Source: an uncultured Oscillospiraceae bacterium
Lineage (GTDB): Bacteria > Bacillota > Clostridia > Oscillospirales > Acutalibacteraceae
NCBI GenBank assembly: GCA_958366985.1
Contig: CATXDC010000004.1
Location: 118,187-182,186, forward strand
Direction of reading: 5' to 3'
DNA length: 64,000 nt
Each line of letters begins with the position of its first letter. The first letter of the stretch is position 1. Below are positions 58,564-64,000 of the stretch, piece by piece. The position numbers and the translations under genes were made by a program. The notes under the pieces are model-generated. The model had not been told where the DNA came from. It worked only from the letters and a program-made list of their open reading frames with translations, and ran no database searches.

Positions 58564-59053
58564 AATTTTTCGCCTCCAGATAAGATTTAAGTTCTCTCCT
58601 TGCCCTGTAAGAAAGCACCCGTACATTTTCGGGAGTGATGTGCAGAATTGCCGCAATCTCCTTTTGTGATAAATTTCCGAAATACTGCATCTGAAGCACT
58701 TCTCGCTTCTTCGGTTCAAGACTGTTAACAGCCTCATATAGAATCCTGCGGTTTTCGTCCTGCATTATTTCATCAAAAAGTGTGTTTTCGCCTTCATCGT
58801 CTTTCCGCTGCATCTCCTCAAGGGAAACTTTTCCCTTTTCTTTCTTAAAGGTATTAAAATAAAGATTCCTCGCCACCACATAAAGCCATGCACGGACATT
58901 TGTATGGCTGTCAGAAAGGGACAACAGCGCTTTAAGGAATGTTTCCTGAAGCAAATCTTCGGAAAGGGCAGCATCACTGCTCAGGGAATAAAGGTAAAGA
59001 TAAATTTCCCTGCTGTATCTGTGATATAAAATATTAAGCAGTTCCTTATCCAC
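58550..59053 (-). CDS. ECF-type RNA polymerase sigma-70 factor
   Basis: Region 2 (SEDLLQETFLKALLS) and region 4 HTH (LSQKEIAAILHITPENVRVLSYRARREL). Confidence 0.85.
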   Translation of the reverse strand: MDKELLNILYHRYSREIYLYLYSLSSDAALSEDLLQETFLKALLSLSDSHTNVRAWLYVVARNLYFNTFKKEKGKVSLEEMQRKDDEGENTLFDEIMQDENRRILYEAVNSLEPKKREVLQMQYFGNLSQKEIAAILHITPENVRVLSYRARRELKSYLEAKNYDIP

Positions 59054-59204
59054 ATCCGGCTCCCTCCCCTCTTTATTAAATCCGCACTGATTTTACTTTT
59101 CACTATTATAACAACCAAACAGGCAAAATGTTACAGTATATCAAAAAATAAAAAACGCAGAGCATTTTTAAACACTCTGCGCTTTTGTTATTATTAAATT
59201 TAAA

Positions 59205-60047
59205 TTATTCAGCCGCTGCGGTGCTCGTCTCGGATGAAGCAGCTGTATCAGAAGGCTCTGAGAAGGGCTCGGAATAAGTTTCAGAAGGCTCTTCTGCTTG
59301 TGTGGTATCGGGAGGAGTTGTTGTAGTTGGAGCTGATTCTGTTTCCGGCGCATTGGTAGATCTGATTGCGCTTACGTAATATCCGTCAGCACTTTCACGA
59401 AGTACGACGGTTACATATTTATCAGGCTCCGGTTCAACCATATCGCCGTTTTCTGCCTGTGCCCACTGGCTGCTGCCAAGGTAACCTACAAGCAGTTCAA
59501 CTGTATTTCCTTTCTTTGAAATCTCAAATACTCGGGGAGTGTAAATAGGCTCAACACCGGTAATAGGCACAATATAAACCTGCTTTGCGCTGTCATAGCT
59601 GAATTCATAGCCAAGACCTGTTACGCTTCTGTGCTCCGGCTTTGCCTCAGGTCCGAAAAGCTTTGAGAAATACTTTTCAACGTCCGCCTGGGGAATGGAA
59701 AGATTTCCGTCATCGGTAGCGTAAACGGAAGTATCAAGATCACTTTTAAGAAGCGCCCAGATTGCAGCATTGATAAGCTGTTCCTGATTTCCCTTTGTAA
59801 CGTCGTCAAAGGGATCAGGGTCAAACATTATAACAGGTGTTATAAAAGACTCATACTCAGACTTTTTAGCAGACTGATCTGTAAGCTTTCCTACACCGAA
59901 AATTATACCGGCTATAACCGCTGCAAGACCTATAACCGCAAATATTATAACGACAATTCCAACGGGCATTGCCGCTTTGTTTCGCCTGTGTTTTCTTGCT
60001 GAAACAGTTTTCTTTGCTTTTTCCATAAATAGCTCCTGTTCTGCCAT
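59205..60047 (-). CDS. membrane-anchored protein with extracytoplasmic domain and Ser/Thr/Pro/Glu-rich C-terminal tail
   Basis: N-terminal basic region then TM (MPVGIVVIIFAVIGLAAVIAGIIFGV); the low-complexity C-terminal tail suggests surface exposure. Confidence 0.45.
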   Translation of the reverse strand: MAEQELFMEKAKKTVSARKHRRNKAAMPVGIVVIIFAVIGLAAVIAGIIFGVGKLTDQSAKKSEYESFITPVIMFDPDPFDDVTKGNQEQLINAAIWALLKSDLDTSVYATDDGNLSIPQADVEKYFSKLFGPEAKPEHRSVTGLGYEFSYDSAKQVYIVPITGVEPIYTPRVFEISKKGNTVELLVGYLGSSQWAQAENGDMVEPEPDKYVTVVLRESADGYYVSAIRSTNAPETESAPTTTTPPDTTQAEEPSETYSEPFSEPSDTAASSETSTAAAE

Positions 60048-60055
60048 AAAGGCTG

Positions 60056-61300
60056 TCAGCGAATTTGTCCGCTGCCGCTGATTATATATTTCTGGCTTGT
60101 AAGCTCGCTTAAACCGAGAGGTCCTCTGGCATGAAGCTTCTGAGTGGAAATTCCGATTTCCGCACCGAAGCCGAATTCTCCGCCGTCGGTAAATCTCGTT
60201 GAAGCATTTACATATACTGCCGCAGAATCAACCTGCTGCTGGAACTTCATAGCCGAAGCAAAGTCGCAGGTTATAATGCTTTCACTGTGACCTGTGGAAT
60301 AGCAGTTGATATGCTCAATTGCCTCTTCCACGCTGTCAACGGTTTTCACTGAGATTATGTAGTCAAGGTATTCCTTGCCCCAATCCTCATCTGTTGCAGG
60401 GATAATACCCTCAACTGTAGCGGCTGCTCTTTCGTCGCCTCTTATTTCAACATTCTTTTCCCTGAGCTTTTCGCATACCAAGGGAAGCACTCTCTCGAGA
60501 GCGGCTGAATGTATAACAAGACTTTCGCAGGCATTGCACACAGAGGGACGTGATGTCTTTGCGTTAAAGACTATATCCGCCGCCATCTGAGCATCGGCTG
60601 TTTCATCAATATAGATGTGGCAGTTGCCAGCTCCTGTTTCAATTACAGGTACGCTGGAATTTTCAACAACGCTTTTAATGAGTCCGGCGCCGCCTCTTGG
60701 AATAAGCACATCTACATATCCGTTAAGCCTCATAAGCTCTTTTGCACTGTCTCTTGAGGTATCCTCTACAAAACAGATTACATCCTTGGGAAGTCCAGCT
60801 TTTTTTACTGCCTCACGCATTACGCCTGCAATGGCAAGGTTTGAGTTAATCGCCTCTTTGCCGCCTCGGAGAATAACCGCATTTCCGCTTTTAATGCACA
60901 GAGCGGCGGCATCTGCCGTAACATTGGGTCTTGCCTCATAAATAACCCCTATCACTCCAAGTGGAACGCTTATCTTTTCAATTCTTAGGCCGTTGGGTCT
61001 TGTAGTTCCTCCCACAGCTCTGCCGATAGGATCTGAAAGTGCGGCTATATCTTCCGCTCCCTTTGCCATTCCTTCTATTCTGCCGCTGTCAAGGCTAAGT
61101 CTGTCAATAAGTGAAGGGGTAAGTCCGTTTTCCTTTCCCTTTTCAACATCTATGCGATTTGCCTCTATTATTTTTTCTGAATTCTCTCTGAGAGCTTTGG
61201 CGATTTCATAAAGCGCTTTATTCCTTGTTTCTCCCGAGGAGCTTGCAAGAACGCTTTTAGCTTTCTTTGCTCTTTCGCCAAGTGCGGAAATATAGGACAT
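60056..61300 (-). CDS. proA: gamma-glutamyl phosphate reductase
   Basis: Aldehyde dehydrogenase-like fold with catalytic Cys; start at ATG 61300 (MSYISALGERAKKAK) after an AGGGAGG RBS; the ORF track extends to 61345. Confidence 0.9.
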   Translation of the reverse strand: MSYISALGERAKKAKSVLASSSGETRNKALYEIAKALRENSEKIIEANRIDVEKGKENGLTPSLIDRLSLDSGRIEGMAKGAEDIAALSDPIGRAVGGTTRPNGLRIEKISVPLGVIGVIYEARPNVTADAAALCIKSGNAVILRGGKEAINSNLAIAGVMREAVKKAGLPKDVICFVEDTSRDSAKELMRLNGYVDVLIPRGGAGLIKSVVENSSVPVIETGAGNCHIYIDETADAQMAADIVFNAKTSRPSVCNACESLVIHSAALERVLPLVCEKLREKNVEIRGDERAAATVEGIIPATDEDWGKEYLDYIISVKTVDSVEEAIEHINCYSTGHSESIITCDFASAMKFQQQVDSAAVYVNASTRFTDGGEFGFGAEIGISTQKLHARGPLGLSELTSQKYIISGSGQIR

Positions 61301-61301
61301 T

Positions 61302-62090
61302 TTATTTCCTCCCTTTAAATATCGTTCCTGTCTGACGGCCCTCAATAAGTTTATATATATCCTGAGGGTGTGAACCGTTCATAACAACGGTATCTATACC
61401 GTGTTCGGCAGCTATCTGCGCAGCTTTAAGCTTTGTAACCATACCACCGGTTCCTCGCTTACTGCCTGCCCCTCCCGCAAGAGCTATTACCTTTTCGTCG
61501 ATTTCATCAACAACGGGGATAAGTCTTGCATCCGGGTCGGTATGCGGGTCGCTGCTGAAAAGTCCGTCAATGTCGCTTAAAATTATCAGTGCATCAGCAT
61601 CTACAAGAGCTGCAACTGTTGCAGAAAGACTGTCATTGTCTCCGTAAACAATCTCTTCTACTGCAACGCTGTCGTTCTCATTTACAATTGGCACAGCTCC
61701 GTATTCAAAAAGATGCTTGAATGTATTTGAAAGATTTTCTCTTCTTTCCTCGTCCTCAAAGTCGCTTCTCGTTACAAGAAGCTGAGCTATTGTGTGACCG
61801 TATTCACTGAAAAACTTATCGTACATGAACATCAGCTCACACTGTCCAACAGCCGCAGCAGCCTGTCTGCCGGGAGTATCATGTGGTCGCTCTTTAAGTC
61901 CCAGCTTACCGACTCCTACGCCGATAGCTCCGGAGGTTACAAGCACAACCTCTATTCCGGAATTTACAAGGTCTGAAAGAACGCTTGCAAGCTTTGCCAT
62001 TCTTCTGATGTTGGTTTTTCCTGTTTCATATGTAAGGGTGGAAGTACCAACCTTTACTACAATTCGTTTTAAATTCTTTAATACAGCCAT
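61302..62090 (-). CDS. proB: glutamate 5-kinase (short form, no PUA domain)
   Basis: Amino-acid kinase family (IVVKVGTS, LVTSGAIG); start at ATG 62090 (MAVLKNL). Confidence 0.9.
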   Translation of the reverse strand: MAVLKNLKRIVVKVGTSTLTYETGKTNIRRMAKLASVLSDLVNSGIEVVLVTSGAIGVGVGKLGLKERPHDTPGRQAAAAVGQCELMFMYDKFFSEYGHTIAQLLVTRSDFEDEERRENLSNTFKHLFEYGAVPIVNENDSVAVEEIVYGDNDSLSATVAALVDADALIILSDIDGLFSSDPHTDPDARLIPVVDEIDEKVIALAGGAGSKRGTGGMVTKLKAAQIAAEHGIDTVVMNGSHPQDIYKLIEGRQTGTIFKGRK

Positions 62091-62256
62091 ACTCTTCCTC
62101 ATTATCCGGCGGAATCCTCCGCCTGATTTACCTTAAAATTATACCACAAAACATTCCACATTGTATAGCGGAAAAAATAAATTTAAATAAAAGAATACAG
62201 CCCGCTGCAATCAAAAACAGCGGGCATTATTCTTAAAAGTATTCTGTTAAAATAAA

Positions 62257-62526
62257 TTACTCAGCAAAACCTGACTCAACAAGCTTTACAAGAGCGTCCA
62301 CAGCCTCTTCCTCATCGGAACCGCCTGCGATAATGCGAATCTGTGTGCCGCCCATAATACCAAGTGAAAGCACACCGAGAAGACTCTTTGCGTTTACACG
62401 GCGCTCCTCTTTCTCAACCCAAATTGAAGACTTGAATTCATTTGCCTTCTGTATAAAAAAGGTAGCAGGACGAGCATGTAAACCAACCTTATTCTGAACA
62501 GTTACATCTTTTACGTACATAGTCAC
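62257..62526 (-). CDS. ptsH: phosphocarrier protein HPr
   Basis: Active-site His in GLHARPA and regulatory Ser46 context KSLLGV. Confidence 0.85.
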   Translation of the reverse strand: MTMYVKDVTVQNKVGLHARPATFFIQKANEFKSSIWVEKEERRVNAKSLLGVLSLGIMGGTQIRIIAGGSDEEEAVDALVKLVESGFAE

Positions 62527-62763
62527 ATTACTCCTACAAAATAAATTTACTTTTAGTTTTTTTCGCTGTTACATATTATAGCACAAAACTCTATCTCGTC
62601 AATCAAAATCCGCCGACTTATTCCCGTTTTTCCAATAATTCGGCCTGTCTGCTAAACAAAACTACTTTAAATACGTTTGGTTTGTACATTTTGTCCATGA
62701 ATTTTTGTACACTTTGTTTATATAAATTTGCGAAATTGGATGTATATTGACGTTTTACGCCGT

Positions 62764-63795
62764 TTAATTAGCTATTTTGTGGTGAACAGGTGTAACCTTT
62801 TCAGTCAAAACACCGAAGGAGTAACCCTTTGATTTGAAATATTCTATAATCTGAGGCAACGCCTGCGGAGTTGTAGACTTATTTCCGGCATCATGCATAA
62901 GTACAACTACCCTTTTGCTTCCGGGATTACTTGACTTTATGTTCGCTACAAGCTTCGATACAGGAACATTGTTTCCCGCTGCATCTCCGCTGTCGCAGTT
63001 CCAGTCAAAATACTCATATCCCATATTATGCATTCTGCGAGCGGCTGTACTTATTATTCCTGTGCAATACTTTCGGCTTACTGTATTGCTGCTGCCGCCG
63101 GGGAAACGGATTATTTTACTTTCAACGCCTGTCTGATCCTTGACTATCTTTGATATTTTGGCAAGGTCATTGAAATATGCACTTTCAGATGAATAAATAT
63201 TTTTATAGTCATGGGTAGCGGAATGAAGTCCGATTGCATGACCTCCATTTACAATATCTTTCATGTACTTATTGTAGCCTTTTCCGTCAATAACAAAAAA
63301 TGTTGCCTTTACCCCATACTGCTTTAAAACTTCAAGTACCTTGGGGGTATTTTTTGACGGGCCGTCATCGAAGGTGAGATATACGGTTTTATCAGAGGAA
63401 CCGCCGCTTTCCGGAACAATGGGCTGAGGGCTGGGAGTCGGCTTTGTTTCGTCACTTTTTTCGCCGCTTCCAGATGCACTCTCTTTTTTCTTTTTCATCT
63501 CTTTAAGGCTATGGTTTTCGCTTTCGAGCTCTTCCAGCTTCTTTTTATCTTCATTGTTTTCTTTTTCCAGCTCATTAAGTCTGCTCTCAAGCTCTTCTAT
63601 TTCCTGTTGATATTTTGCCTTATCTCCGCTTTCTTTCTCTTCCAGCTCCGACGCAGATTTATGTATTTTATTAAGCTCCTCATTAAGATTCGATTTATCT
63701 ATATAAAGCTTTACTCCAACTGCCGAAAGGACAAGTATTATAACAAGTCCTACTGCCGTCAGTCTGCGTAATTTTCTTGCGTAAATGGATTTCAT
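62764..63795 (-). CDS. membrane-anchored polysaccharide deacetylase (NodB homology domain) with coiled-coil linker
   Basis: N-terminal TM, Glu/Lys-rich coiled coil, Pro/Ser linker, and NodB motifs TFDDGP and HSATH. Confidence 0.8.
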   Translation of the reverse strand: MKSIYARKLRRLTAVGLVIILVLSAVGVKLYIDKSNLNEELNKIHKSASELEEKESGDKAKYQQEIEELESRLNELEKENNEDKKKLEELESENHSLKEMKKKKESASGSGEKSDETKPTPSPQPIVPESGGSSDKTVYLTFDDGPSKNTPKVLEVLKQYGVKATFFVIDGKGYNKYMKDIVNGGHAIGLHSATHDYKNIYSSESAYFNDLAKISKIVKDQTGVESKIIRFPGGSSNTVSRKYCTGIISTAARRMHNMGYEYFDWNCDSGDAAGNNVPVSKLVANIKSSNPGSKRVVVLMHDAGNKSTTPQALPQIIEYFKSKGYSFGVLTEKVTPVHHKIAN

Positions 63796-64000
63796 ACTGC
63801 ATCACCCTCCTAAAGGTTTTCTTTGCAATATTCTACCACTTTCGACAGGAAATTTGGGTTACAATATTGATACAATTTATTACAACAAGTTACAGTATTT
63901 TGCTTTCACAGCACGGAAATTTCTCACAGTGAAAATAGCACAGAAAAAGTCATGACCACCCCTAAGAGGGGTGGCATGACGAGCGGCCTATAAGGCCTTA

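Noticed and set aside
1-64000. CRISPR arrays, tRNA/rRNA genes, transposases, integrases and phage modules
   Set aside because: No regularly spaced direct repeats with unique spacers were seen, nor cloverleaf-like tRNA sequences or rRNA signatures. No ORF shows DDE transposase or tyrosine/serine recombinase motifs.

Overview
This window looks like a chromosomal segment from a spore-forming Firmicute of the class Clostridia, with roughly mid-40s % GC. The taxonomic call rests on three things: sporulation genes (yqfC, yqfD, ylbJ-like and dpaAB/spoVF), a complete apbE / NusG-II / Gx-transporter / rnfCDGEAB cluster, and Bacillus-like synteny for yqfCD-phoH-ybeY-dgkA-era-recO and ylxM-ffh-rpsP-KH/rimM-trmD. 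Most of the window is housekeeping: GTP-type PEP carboxykinase, tsaD-rimI, DNA polymerase I, dusB, mutS2, recO, era, murC, proBA, ptsH and luxS. It also carries small accessory operons (a TetR regulator with a Zn alcohol dehydrogenase, a LysR regulator divergent from an acetyltransferase/hydrolase/lipoprotein operon, a MATE exporter with a large glycoside-hydrolase-like gene, and an Fe-ADH with an ABC-2 exporter). The most unusual feature is a compact, AT-richer four-gene module on the opposite strand (36.2-39.1 kb), inserted between the KH-domain gene and rimM of the otherwise conserved SRP/ribosomal cluster. It encodes a ribbon-helix-helix protein, a polytopic membrane protein, an SPFH/YdjI-like domain fused to five tandem zinc ribbons, and a second membrane protein ending in a zinc ribbon. 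It resembles a rearranged, PspA-less version of the Bacillus ydjGHI membrane-stress/flotillin-like module and is the best candidate here for an undescribed system. Other notable items are a tandem triplication of small Nudix hydrolase genes showing mosaic (gene-conversion-like) divergence, and an AT-rich block carrying a GH18 lipoprotein next to an ECF sigma/anti-sigma pair. No rRNA, tRNA, CRISPR array, transposase or integrase was recognised. All calls come from reading motifs in the supplied translations and sequence; no database search was possible.
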